Assembly: GCA_018883755.1 (NCBI GenBank)
Contig: JAHLFR010000002.1
Coordinates: 18,040 to 42,039 of the forward strand
Source of the DNA: Candidatus Methanocorpusculum faecipullorum
Lineage (GTDB): Archaea > Halobacteriota > Methanomicrobia > Methanomicrobiales > Methanocorpusculaceae
Direction: 5' to 3'
Length of the DNA: 24,000 bases
Both the position numbers and the translations under genes were made by a program. Positions within the stretch are counted from its first letter, which is position 1, and each line of letters starts with the position of its first letter. Under the pieces are notes generated by a model. That model worked only from the letters and a program-made list of their open reading frames with translations. It was not told where the DNA came from and searched no databases. Below, one piece after another: positions 1 through 7,949 of the stretch.

Positions 1-82
1 TAGTTGGAGAAACACTGCGATGCACCCCCTTGGGTTGAACAATACTATTACCGAGTAAGAACAAATAGATACGGGATCATCC

Positions 83-1666
83 GTGAGCTTCAAAGTACTT
101 GTGAGCGACCCCCTCGCAAAAGAAGGAGTCGATATTTTAAAGGGATTTTGTGATGTTGATGAAAAGGCGGACCTGTCCGAGGATGAACTCGTCAAGATCA
201 TCGGCGAGTACGATGCACTGATTGTCCGATCCGGAACACAGGTCACTGCACGTATCATCGAAGCGGCCGACAAAATGAAGTACATCGGTCGTGCCGGTGT
301 CGGTGTGGACAACATCGACTGTGATGCGGCCACAAAGAAAGGCATTATTGTCTCCAACGCTCCAGAAGGCAACACGCTCGCGGCAACGGAACACACCATC
401 GCCATGATGATGGCTCTTGCGAGAAATATCCCGCAGGCAACCGCATCACTGAAGAAAGGCGAGTGGAAGCGTTCAAAGTTCATGGGCAACGAGATGAACG
501 GCAAAGTGCTTGGCGTGGTTGGGTTTGGAAGAATCGGGCGCGAAGTTTCCAAACGGGCCCAGGCACTGCAGATGACGGTCATTGCCTACGATCCGTTCAT
601 CCCGGCAGAGGTCGGAGCCGCAATGGGTGTTGAGATGATGAGTGTGGCTGATCTCTTTACCAAAGCCGATGTGATTACAGTACACACGCCGCTGATTCCG
701 TCCACGACACATCTCATCAACAAGGAATCAATTGCAACCATGAAGGACGGTGTCCGTTTAATCAACTGTGCCCGTGGTGGTATTATTGATGAGGCAGCCC
801 TCTATGAGGCAATTACCTCAGGCAAGGTTGCGGGAGCTGCACTTGATGTGTTTGAGCAAGAACCGCCAACCAACTCACCGCTTCTTTCCCTCGATAAGGT
901 AATTGTGACACCGCACCTCGGTGCAAGTACAGTTGAGGCACAGAAAAATGTGGCAATCTCGGTTGCACAGCAGTGTATTGAAGTGCTGAAGGGAGGTTCT
1001 GCCAAGAATGCAGTGAATGCACCGCTGGTTGCACCGGAGCTCCGCCCGAAGCTTGAGCCGTTCGCACTGCTTACCGAGAAGATGGGATGCCTTGCAGCAC
1101 AGCTTGCAGACAGCGCGATCACTGAGGTTGAGTTCGCATACCTCGGCGAGGTTGCCGAGATGAAACAGAACCTGAAGTACCCCACACGCATGGGTCTGAA
1201 GGGTCTTCTGGACAAGGCGCTCCACGAGCCAGCAAACCTGGTGAACGCGGAGTTTATTGCACAGCAGCGCGGTATGACCGTTGTTGAGAAGACTTCGGCT
1301 GATGCGGGAGACTACAAGTCTCTGGTTACGCTGACCTTTAAGACCGAGAAGGGTACGCAGACGATCTCAGGAATTATTACCCGTGTCGGTCCACGTATTA
1401 CCTCTATCAACGGTTACTCCATGGACCTTGTGCCGAAAGGCAACGTGATTGTTGCAGATCACATCAACCGCCCCGGAGTTGTTGGTCCAGTGTGCGTGCT
1501 GCTTGGTAAACATAACATAAACATCTCGAACATGCAGGTGGGAAAGGTGGATGTTGGTTCCGAGTCACTGATGATTCTTGCCGTGGACGACGTTGTTCCG
1601 GCAGCGGTGATGCAGGAAGTCGCAGGAAGCGACGGCATCATCTCTGCAAAGTTCATGCAGCTGTAA
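83..1666 (+). CDS. serA: D-3-phosphoglycerate dehydrogenase, long form with C-terminal regulatory (ACT-like) domain
   Basis: The 527-aa ORF has a GTG start. It shows a 2-hydroxyacid dehydrogenase architecture with NAD-binding GxGxxG (GVVGFGRIGREV). It also has the conserved RGG/HLGAST catalytic region and a roughly 120-aa C-terminal extension typical of type I SerA. Confidence 0.9.
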   Translation: MSFKVLVSDPLAKEGVDILKGFCDVDEKADLSEDELVKIIGEYDALIVRSGTQVTARIIEAADKMKYIGRAGVGVDNIDCDAATKKGIIVSNAPEGNTLAATEHTIAMMMALARNIPQATASLKKGEWKRSKFMGNEMNGKVLGVVGFGRIGREVSKRAQALQMTVIAYDPFIPAEVGAAMGVEMMSVADLFTKADVITVHTPLIPSTTHLINKESIATMKDGVRLINCARGGIIDEAALYEAITSGKVAGAALDVFEQEPPTNSPLLSLDKVIVTPHLGASTVEAQKNVAISVAQQCIEVLKGGSAKNAVNAPLVAPELRPKLEPFALLTEKMGCLAAQLADSAITEVEFAYLGEVAEMKQNLKYPTRMGLKGLLDKALHEPANLVNAEFIAQQRGMTVVEKTSADAGDYKSLVTLTFKTEKGTQTISGIITRVGPRITSINGYSMDLVPKGNVIVADHINRPGVVGPVCVLLGKHNINISNMQVGKVDVGSESLMILAVDDVVPAAVMQEVAGSDGIISAKFMQL

Positions 1667-1679
1667 TCACCCTCTAAAC

Positions 1680-1686
1680 TTTTTTT
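1680..1686 (+). terminator. oligo-T tract (T7) 14 nt after the serA stop; archaeal-type termination signal
   Basis: A run of 7 T lies directly downstream of the TAA at 1664-1666. Oligo-T is the known archaeal terminator signal. Confidence 0.35.
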
Positions 1687-1815
1687 ACCAATGTTTTTGA
1701 CAACACACTGAACACTACTCCAATCCAGCAAGGTTAGCATTCATCCATTTCCAAAAGTGGTATATCTGAATCGAATATAGTCCGTGATACATCGAAAAGT
1801 AAGAGGTACACACAA

Positions 1816-2400
1816 ATGAATTTCAAAAATTTATTGCCAGCTAAAAATCGTGATGAATTACGACAATGGCTTTTGGAAAATCACGACAAGGAAGCTGAAT
1901 GTTGGGTAGTTGTAAAGCGTGGACGGCCAGTTGACAATGATACATTTTGGTACATTGACGCAGTAGAAGAAGCTATGTGTTTTGGCTGGATCGACAGTAC
2001 CACGAAGAAAATGGATAATGGCATAACCGCGCAGAGATTAGCGCCTCGAAGAAAAGGCAGCGTGTGGTCTGAATTAAACAAAGAACGCTGCCGGAGAATG
2101 GAACGATTAGGGCGCATGACAGGTGCAGGCAGAGCCGTGCTACCAGATATGTCCGAAAGTGGTTTTGTCATCGACAAGGACATTTTAATGGCACTACAAG
2201 CTGACGCTGAAATTTGGGAGAATTTTCAGAAATTTCCCCCGCTATACCAAAGAGTAAGAGTAGATACCATTCAGATCAAAAAAAAGCAACCGGATTTATT
2301 CAAAAGCCGTTTGCAAAAACTATTAGACAACACAAAAGCTGGCGTCATGTATGGGGAATGGAATGATAACGGGCGTTTGCTTGATAATACCACTAAATAA
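1816..2400 (+). CDS. YdeI/OmpD-associated family protein (COG4430-like)
   Basis: The 194-aa ORF has an ATG start. Its N-terminal pattern matches my recollection of the YdeI family: ELRQWL..NH, W(V)VVK, Y.DAVEEAMCFGWIDS, APRRKGSVWSELN, RM..LGRMTGAG. The gene is markedly AT-rich compared with its neighbours. Confidence 0.65.
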   Translation: MNFKNLLPAKNRDELRQWLLENHDKEAECWVVVKRGRPVDNDTFWYIDAVEEAMCFGWIDSTTKKMDNGITAQRLAPRRKGSVWSELNKERCRRMERLGRMTGAGRAVLPDMSESGFVIDKDILMALQADAEIWENFQKFPPLYQRVRVDTIQIKKKQPDLFKSRLQKLLDNTKAGVMYGEWNDNGRLLDNTTK

Positions 2401-2669
2401 CTTCCCATTTGGCATAGTAACCGTCGTCAGGCCCATTCAAATTTTTCAAAACGAAGTCCCGGCCATATGAGGCGATACTATCCAGAAAGAAATGTTTGAA
2501 ACGTGCAGAAAGGAACGACTGGATGATATTCTACGTAGATCTAAATACAGGAAGTAATATTGGAGTGGAAATGCACAGCACCAAAATAGGGACTGATAAA
2601 GAGACCATTAGAAATATTTATATTTCAGAATATCATATGTATTAGAGCACATAGGTGCGAAACATCCAT

Positions 2670-2743
2670 GGACTCGTGGTCTAGTAGGCTATGACGTCGC
2701 CTTGACATGGCGGAGATCAAGGGTTCGACTCCCTTCGGGTCCA
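2670..2743 (+). tRNA. tRNA-Val (anticodon GAC)
   Basis: I folded a 74-nt cloverleaf by hand. The acceptor is GGACTCG/CGGGTCC with one G:U pair. The anticodon stem is TCGCC/GGCGG and the loop TTGACAT. The T arm is AAGGG-TTCGACT-CCCTT and the discriminator is A. No CCA is encoded and there is no intron. Confidence 0.85.
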
Positions 2744-2885
2744 CTTCTTTTCTAAGATTATTCAGAAATTACTGTGTTATTCATCCAGCATTATCCGCTC
2801 TATCCGCCAACAAAAGAAATCAGTAGTACAAAAAAAGGATGTGCCACTAAAAGTCTTGGAAAAAGAGGGATGAACTAGCATCCAG

Positions 2886-4055
2886 TTACTGCTCAACGAT
2901 CTTTTTTACCAGTGCCATAACCCCAGGCTTTGCCTTGCGCCGAACACGCGACATCCGTGCCGCAGGAGTTGGGACTGCTGTTTCTGCTGCCATCTCATGC
3001 TCCATCCGGGTGGTTATCTCATCAAAGATACGTTTGTATGCCATACAGTGCGGATCAACTCCTTCCACATGTTCCGATGTTCCGGCAAGGGCATTGTATG
3101 GACAGCCGCCACGGCAGTAATCAATATGGGCACAGCTCCGGCAGGCCGTATCCACATGATCTTTGAAGGCGAGCATCCTTTTACCTGCGGGGGAGGCCAT
3201 CAGATCATCAATGGTCGGTGCATCAAAGACAGAACCCATCACCCACTCAGGCATTCCCACAAACCGGTAGCAGGGATAGATTGCACCGTCCGGCCCCACA
3301 GCGAATGTTGTTCCCATACAGTCTGCATAAGTACAGACACTCCCGCTCCGCGTAAACACGCACCGGCAGAGATCATTGATGTTCATAATCTCAAACTCAT
3401 CAGCATGCAGAAGCGCTTCGTCCAGCAGATAAACCAGAAGCTCCCCATACTCTGCAGGTGAAAGGGTCCACTCATTCGGGTTATCCCCTTTCAGGGACGG
3501 CAGTGCAGGATGCAGTTTCATAACCCATCCCTGTTCACGGAAGAATCTGACAATCTCCTCCTTCTGCAGAACCGAGGAGTTGGTAAAGGTGCAGATGAAC
3601 CGCACGAGAAGACCATGCGAGATTGCAGTCCTGTAGCCTGCCATCGTTCGTGCAAAATAGTTGTCACCACGCTGATAGTTGGTCAGTGTTTCCGGTCCAT
3701 CGATGGAAGAGCCGAGCGGCACATGATACTCTGCAAGAATCTCCGCAAGTTCGTCGGTCATCAGCCAGAGATTTGTCTGCATCGCAAACTCCGGAGACAG
3801 ATGCGCAAGACGGGAAGAGATCTTCGGGAGAATATAGCGGTAGAACTCAGGACCTGCAAGCAGCGGCTCACCGCCATGGAAGGTGAAAGTCACCCGCTGA
3901 TCCTCGAGCGGTTCCAGCCATCGCACGATCGCATCAGCGGTTTCAAGGGTCATCTTTGGCGAGTGCACATCCGAACTCCAGCAGTACTTGCACTGACCGG
4001 GGCACCCAAGCGTAGGGATGATCATCACATGAAAGGGATTTTTCATCAGTGACAT
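2886..4055 (-). CDS. radical SAM / SPASM-domain enzyme (anSME or peptide-maturase-like)
   Basis: The track ORF 2886..4070 opens with TTG, so I prefer the first ATG at 4055. It carries the CxxxCxxC cluster motif (CPGQCKYC) and the GGEPLL motif. It has a full SPASM signature: C-x10-G-x4-C (CMGTTFAVGPDGAIYPC), C-x2-C-x5-C-x3-C (CRSCAHIDYCRGGC) and a trailing Cys. Confidence 0.85.
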   Translation of the reverse strand: MSLMKNPFHVMIIPTLGCPGQCKYCWSSDVHSPKMTLETADAIVRWLEPLEDQRVTFTFHGGEPLLAGPEFYRYILPKISSRLAHLSPEFAMQTNLWLMTDELAEILAEYHVPLGSSIDGPETLTNYQRGDNYFARTMAGYRTAISHGLLVRFICTFTNSSVLQKEEIVRFFREQGWVMKLHPALPSLKGDNPNEWTLSPAEYGELLVYLLDEALLHADEFEIMNINDLCRCVFTRSGSVCTYADCMGTTFAVGPDGAIYPCYRFVGMPEWVMGSVFDAPTIDDLMASPAGKRMLAFKDHVDTACRSCAHIDYCRGGCPYNALAGTSEHVEGVDPHCMAYKRIFDEITTRMEHEMAAETAVPTPAARMSRVRRKAKPGVMALVKKIVEQ

Positions 4056-4109
4056 ACTGATTCCCTGCAAAAGATAAGTTTCTGTCGATACAGATGTTTC
4101 AAAAAAAGT

Positions 4110-4502
4110 TCATGCAGATAACCGGGCGCGAAGTGCATCTGGAATTGGAATCTTTACATCCTGCAGGTAGTCAAAGTACACCAGTACATCCTCTGCGGTT
4201 GCAGCGATATTCCCCGCTTCATCAAAGATCGTGTGCTGTATCAGAAAACTGGTATGTTTTACTTCAGAGACGTGCGACTCCACCCGGATAACACCAGGAT
4301 AGTAAAGAGGACGCAGATACCTGCACCCGGTTGCCGCAAGAATAGGACCGCAATCAGGGCGGTTACTTCCTGCCATCAGATTCGCCTCCTCACAGACATG
4401 AACACGGGAGGTCTGAACATACCGGAGAATCGCGAGATTATTTACATGTCCGAACGCATCAAGATCATTCCAGTCGATTTGGATCTCAGTTACCAGACGC
4501 AT
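4110..4502 (-). CDS. hotdog-fold acyl-CoA thioesterase (4HBT / YbgC-like)
   Basis: The 130-aa ORF has the N-terminal signature V.W.DLDAFGHVNN typical of YbgC/4HBT thioesterases. It lies 54 nt upstream of the rSAM ATG at 4055 (39 nt if the TTG at 4070 is used), on the same strand. Confidence 0.8.
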   Translation of the reverse strand: MRLVTEIQIDWNDLDAFGHVNNLAILRYVQTSRVHVCEEANLMAGSNRPDCGPILAATGCRYLRPLYYPGVIRVESHVSEVKHTSFLIQHTIFDEAGNIAATAEDVLVYFDYLQDVKIPIPDALRARLSA

Positions 4503-4605
4503 GAGTAATTTTCCTGGATAGTATCAGGCGGCAGAATATGTAAAGACTCTGGATGAGACGACAGGAATGCTCATGTTTATTGCCGCTCCGGTTCATTTTG
4601 TAATT

Positions 4606-5058
4606 ATGACAAAAGTAAAACTGGAGACAACCCTTGGTGACATCGTTATTGAACTGCGCAGCGATATGCCAATAACTGCAGGAAACTTTGCTGATCTCGT
4701 CGGCAAAGGATTCTATGACGGTGTTATCTTCCACCGGGTGATTGACGGATTTATGATCCAGGGAGGAGACCCAACCGGAACCGGCCGCGGGGGACCTGGA
4801 TACACCATCAAAGACGAGTTTATGCCCGACAACAAGAACAACCGCGGTACAATCTCCATGGCAAATGCCGGTCCAAACACGGGAGGCAGCCAGTTCTTCA
4901 TTAACCTCGTCAACAACAACTATCTCGACAAAGCTCACCCTGCCTTTGGTACCGTTGTGGAAGGTATGGAGGTTGTTGACGCCATTGGAAAAGTTAAGAC
5001 CAATTTTGCCGACAAGCCGCTTGAAGACGTGGTGATTAAAAAGGCAACCCTCCTCTAA
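4606..5058 (+). CDS. cyclophilin-type peptidyl-prolyl cis-trans isomerase
   Basis: Motifs FHRVIDGFMIQGGDP, GTISMANAGPNTGGSQFFI and FGTVVEGMEVVD are present. I chose the ATG at 4606 (MTKVKLETTLG) because it matches the canonical cyclophilin N-terminus. The track ORF starts 13 codons earlier, at 4567. Confidence 0.9.
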   Translation: MTKVKLETTLGDIVIELRSDMPITAGNFADLVGKGFYDGVIFHRVIDGFMIQGGDPTGTGRGGPGYTIKDEFMPDNKNNRGTISMANAGPNTGGSQFFINLVNNNYLDKAHPAFGTVVEGMEVVDAIGKVKTNFADKPLEDVVIKKATLL

Positions 5059-5143
5059 ACACATCAGACAGAATATAGTCCCTGAAAAGGGGCGCAAAAA
5101 CTATTTTTTCATCACAGTTGCATTTTCACACCGCATGGTTGGC

Positions 5144-5153
5144 TATTTATATT
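5144..5153 (+). promoter_or_regulatory. TATA-like box (TATTTATATT) about 30 nt upstream of the 5179 ATG
   Basis: This is an AT-rich octamer resembling the archaeal TATA consensus. Its spacing fits a leaderless or very short-leader mRNA. Confidence 0.35.
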
Positions 5154-5178
5154 CCCAAACAGGTAATAGAGCAAAACA

Positions 5179-5805
5179 ATGGCTCTCAAACACGAGTGGC
5201 GGAAAGAGGACAAAACACTCTACCTCCCAAAAACCCAGCCGGAACTCATAACAATTCCTGCACAAAAATTTTTTCAGCTATCCGGTAGCGGAGACCCAAA
5301 CAATAATCCGACATTTGCTGAAAACATAGAAACCCTGTATGCACTTTCTTATGCAGTCCGCATGATGCCAAAACAGGGTTACACACCGGAAGGGTTTGAG
5401 CCCTACACGGTGTATCCGCTGGAAGGTGTGTGGGGTCTCGTTGATCCTAATTCGGAAAGTAAAAACAAGAACAACTATTCCTACACACTGATGATACGCC
5501 AACCTGAGTTTGTAAACGAAGATGTTGCAAGACTTGCAATTGAAACGGTCAGAAAAAAGAAGCCACATCTATCGGTGAACAAAGTGGTGTTTGGAGCAAT
5601 AGAAGACGGTCTATCAGTTCAGATGATGCATGTCGGACCCTATGACGATGAGGCCGCAAGTTTTGTACAGATGACAACGTTTTTGAAAGAGAACAATCTG
5701 GAACGAACATCACCACAGCACCGCGAGATCTATCTGTCAGATGCACGGCGCTGTACTCCTGAAAAACAAAAGACGGTGCTTCGCTGGACTGTCCGGCATG
5801 TGTAA
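5179..5805 (+). CDS. GyrI-like small-molecule-binding domain protein
   Basis: The 208-aa ORF has a recalled family pattern: an N-terminal K.EK.LY...P, then PLEG.W, and a C-terminal H.EIYLSD.RR. Its G+C is below that of its neighbours. Confidence 0.6.
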   Translation: MALKHEWRKEDKTLYLPKTQPELITIPAQKFFQLSGSGDPNNNPTFAENIETLYALSYAVRMMPKQGYTPEGFEPYTVYPLEGVWGLVDPNSESKNKNNYSYTLMIRQPEFVNEDVARLAIETVRKKKPHLSVNKVVFGAIEDGLSVQMMHVGPYDDEAASFVQMTTFLKENNLERTSPQHREIYLSDARRCTPEKQKTVLRWTVRHV

Positions 5806-5839
5806 GAATTAATGGATAAAAATGAAGAGGGAAGGGAGA

Positions 5840-7381
5840 TCACACACAGGACAGCTTTTTCAGATCCTCTTCAACAGTGGAGCTTGGCTGAAGCCCGAAG
5901 GTCTTTACCAGTACATTCAGCACATCCGGAGAAACAAACTCCGGCAGGGAAGGACCAAGCATGATGTTCTTTACGCCGAGATGCAGCAGGGCAAGAAGTA
6001 CGAGTACCGCTTTCTGCTCATACCAGGCAATGTTGTAGGAGATGGGGAGATCATTGACACCACAACCAAAGGCATCCGCAAGTGCAAGTGCGATGACAAC
6101 AAGACTGTAGGAGTCGTTGCACTGACCCGCATCCAGCACGCGGGGGATTCCATCGATGTCACCGAGGGCAAGAGCATTGTAGCGGTACTTGGCACAGCCG
6201 GCAGTGAGAATGATGGTGTCATGGGGAAGAACTTTGGCAAACTCGGTGTAGTAACTGCGGCGTTTGTCGCGACCATCACATCCTGCCATAACCACAAACC
6301 TCCGGATCTTTCCCTCGTTGATCAGTTCAATGACCTTGGGGGCAAGGGCAAGAACTGCGTCATGAGCACAACCGGTAATCAGATCTGGGCGACCGAGTTC
6401 TTCAGGAGGTTGACAGGTTTTTGCAACTGCAATAAGTGCAGAGAAGTCTTTGCTACCATCCGGTTTTGCATCGATGTGGGGGCAGTTCGGGAAGCCGACC
6501 GCACCGGTAGTGAAAACTTTGTCCGCGTAAGCCGGAGCTGGCGGTACTAGACAGTTGGTGGTAAAAAGAATCGGACCATGGAACTTTGCAAGATCTGATC
6601 TCTGCTCAGCCCACGAACCACCAAAGTTTCCGCGAAGATGCGGATACTTCTTGAACGCTGGGTATGCATGGGCTGGCAGCATTTCACCGTGGGTGTAAAC
6701 GTCAACTCCCGCATCCTTCGTTGCCTCAAGAAGCATAGCAAGATCCTTGAGATCATGACCGGTTACTAAAATACCGGGGCGAACCCCAGAACTTGTAGAG
6801 ACCTTTGTTATCTCCGGGACCCCGTAGGTCAGGTTCGCTGCATCAAGAAGTGCAAGGACCGAAACACCCTGTTTACCACACTCAAGAACAAGTGCGGTGC
6901 GCTGATCGATGGAGAGATCTTCAAACCGCGATGCAAGCGCATCCCGGATAAACGGAAGAATAGTATCATCGGTTTTTCCAAGGACAAGTGCGTGCGAGTA
7001 GTAGGCGGCAAGGCCTTTCACACCATACAGCAACAGCGAGAAGAGGGAACGGGTGTTGGCATCACTGATAGCATCAAGACCTGCATCCGCATCAAAGGCA
7101 GGCTCACCTGCTGCCGGGGGAAGACTGTTGTAGTGACCGGTGATGCAGGAGAGATATGCTTCAAACCGTTCTTCGTCGAAGCTGACATTGGTCAATGTTG
7201 CAAATAGTGCTTCCAGAACGCACGGTTGCAGATCAGCGTTAGCGGATTTTGCACGGAATGCAAGACAGGAGAGGGAGTAGAGCACACGGTCCTGTGCCTC
7301 CGCAACACTTTTGTTCTTTCCACAGGCTCCACCAAGGGTACAGGCGGGGGTTTTTGATTCCTGACATTGTTGGCAGTACAT
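5840..7381 (-). CDS. hcp: hybrid cluster protein / hydroxylamine reductase
   Basis: The 513-aa ORF has the N-terminal C-x2-C-x7-C-x5-C motif (MYCQQCQESKTPACTLGGACGK). Conserved Hcp blocks are present (TGHDL.DL, THGEMLPAHAYP, NCL, GCDG, GQCNDSYS). Confidence 0.9.
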   Translation of the reverse strand: MYCQQCQESKTPACTLGGACGKNKSVAEAQDRVLYSLSCLAFRAKSANADLQPCVLEALFATLTNVSFDEERFEAYLSCITGHYNSLPPAAGEPAFDADAGLDAISDANTRSLFSLLLYGVKGLAAYYSHALVLGKTDDTILPFIRDALASRFEDLSIDQRTALVLECGKQGVSVLALLDAANLTYGVPEITKVSTSSGVRPGILVTGHDLKDLAMLLEATKDAGVDVYTHGEMLPAHAYPAFKKYPHLRGNFGGSWAEQRSDLAKFHGPILFTTNCLVPPAPAYADKVFTTGAVGFPNCPHIDAKPDGSKDFSALIAVAKTCQPPEELGRPDLITGCAHDAVLALAPKVIELINEGKIRRFVVMAGCDGRDKRRSYYTEFAKVLPHDTIILTAGCAKYRYNALALGDIDGIPRVLDAGQCNDSYSLVVIALALADAFGCGVNDLPISYNIAWYEQKAVLVLLALLHLGVKNIMLGPSLPEFVSPDVLNVLVKTFGLQPSSTVEEDLKKLSCV

Positions 7382-7480
7382 GGATTATCACCAAGGTTTC
7401 TTTTGGATAGTAAGTATATTGTAAATACTCAGAGATATAGGAAAAAGTTTCCAAAACCATACCATGGAGAAAAGATGTTA

Positions 7481-7500
7481 TTTGTTAGCTTCCTAACAAA
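7481..7500. promoter_or_regulatory. perfect 8+4+8 palindrome TTTGTTAG-CTTC-CTAACAAA; candidate MarR operator
   Basis: The inverted repeat was verified base by base. It ends 8 nt before the marR ATG (7509), in the hcp-marR divergent spacer. Confidence 0.45.
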
Positions 7501-7508
7501 AATAACGT

Positions 7509-7949
7509 ATGGAACAACCGGTCATCATTCAGATAAAATCGCTTACAAATACCATCAGACGAACACTACAGAACACCGACTGTTTCTGCGACTGCAGTGG
7601 TATGACCGGGATACACGGGTGGATCATAGGCCACCTTTGCCGACACCCCGAACGTGATATATTTCAGAAAGACATTGAATCCATTCTCTCCATCCGGCGA
7701 TCAACAGCAACGGGAATACTCCAACTTATGGAAAAAAACGGCCTCATCATTCGTGAACCAGTACCATATGATGCAAGGCTCAAGAAACTGGTTCCAACAC
7801 AGAAAGCACTGGCAGTAAACCGCCGCCTCGAAGAAGAATTCAAACGGATTAACGCACAACTGATACACGGTCTTACCAAGGAAGAACTGGATATCTTCTG
7901 TTCGGTTGCCGAAAAGATGCAGGCAAATCTCAATGGAGGAGAATCGTGA
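7509..7949 (+). CDS. MarR family transcriptional regulator
   Basis: The 146-aa ORF has a winged-helix core (Q.DIESILSIRRSTATGILQLMEKNGLI.R..DARLK.L..T.KA). It is the first gene of an overlapping three-gene operon. Confidence 0.85.
   Translation: MEQPVIIQIKSLTNTIRRTLQNTDCFCDCSGMTGIHGWIIGHLCRHPERDIFQKDIESILSIRRSTATGILQLMEKNGLIIREPVPYDARLKKLVPTQKALAVNRRLEEEFKRINAQLIHGLTKEELDIFCSVAEKMQANLNGGES

Noticed and set aside
2393-2530. A stop-free 45-codon frame on the minus strand (NIIQSFLSARFKHFFLDSIASYGRDFVLKNLNGPDDGYYAKWEVI) converges on, and overlaps by 8 nt, the ydeI-like stop. It could be a gene remnant.
   Set aside because: It has no start codon and I recognise no family. A 45-codon open stretch is not improbable enough by chance. 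It would be worth a tBLASTN, but it is not supportable as a pseudogene from sequence alone.
4567-4605. The ORF track implies upstream alternative starts. These are 4567 for cyclophilin, TTG 14124 for S6e, TTG 4070 for the rSAM gene and TTG 22523 for the 354-aa ORF.
   Set aside because: The conserved family N-termini begin at the downstream ATGs for cyclophilin and S6e. TTG starts followed closely by in-frame ATGs are less likely. The 22523/22430/22409 choice remains unresolved.
4486-5097. A 203-aa minus-strand ORF covers the cyclophilin gene.
   Set aside because: It is antisense to an unmistakable cyclophilin and shows no recognisable features.
5822-6550. A 242-aa plus-strand ORF, and several smaller ORFs such as 5971..6297, 6547..6756 and 6992..7207, lie entirely inside hcp on either strand.
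   Set aside because: These are shadow ORFs of a strongly supported gene. Their translations are low-complexity and show no motifs, whereas the minus-strand frame carries unmistakable Hcp motifs.
7367-7657. A 96-aa plus-strand ORF bridges the hcp start, the spacer and the marR N-terminus.
   Set aside because: It overlaps two supported genes and the palindromic operator region in a different frame, and shows no motifs.
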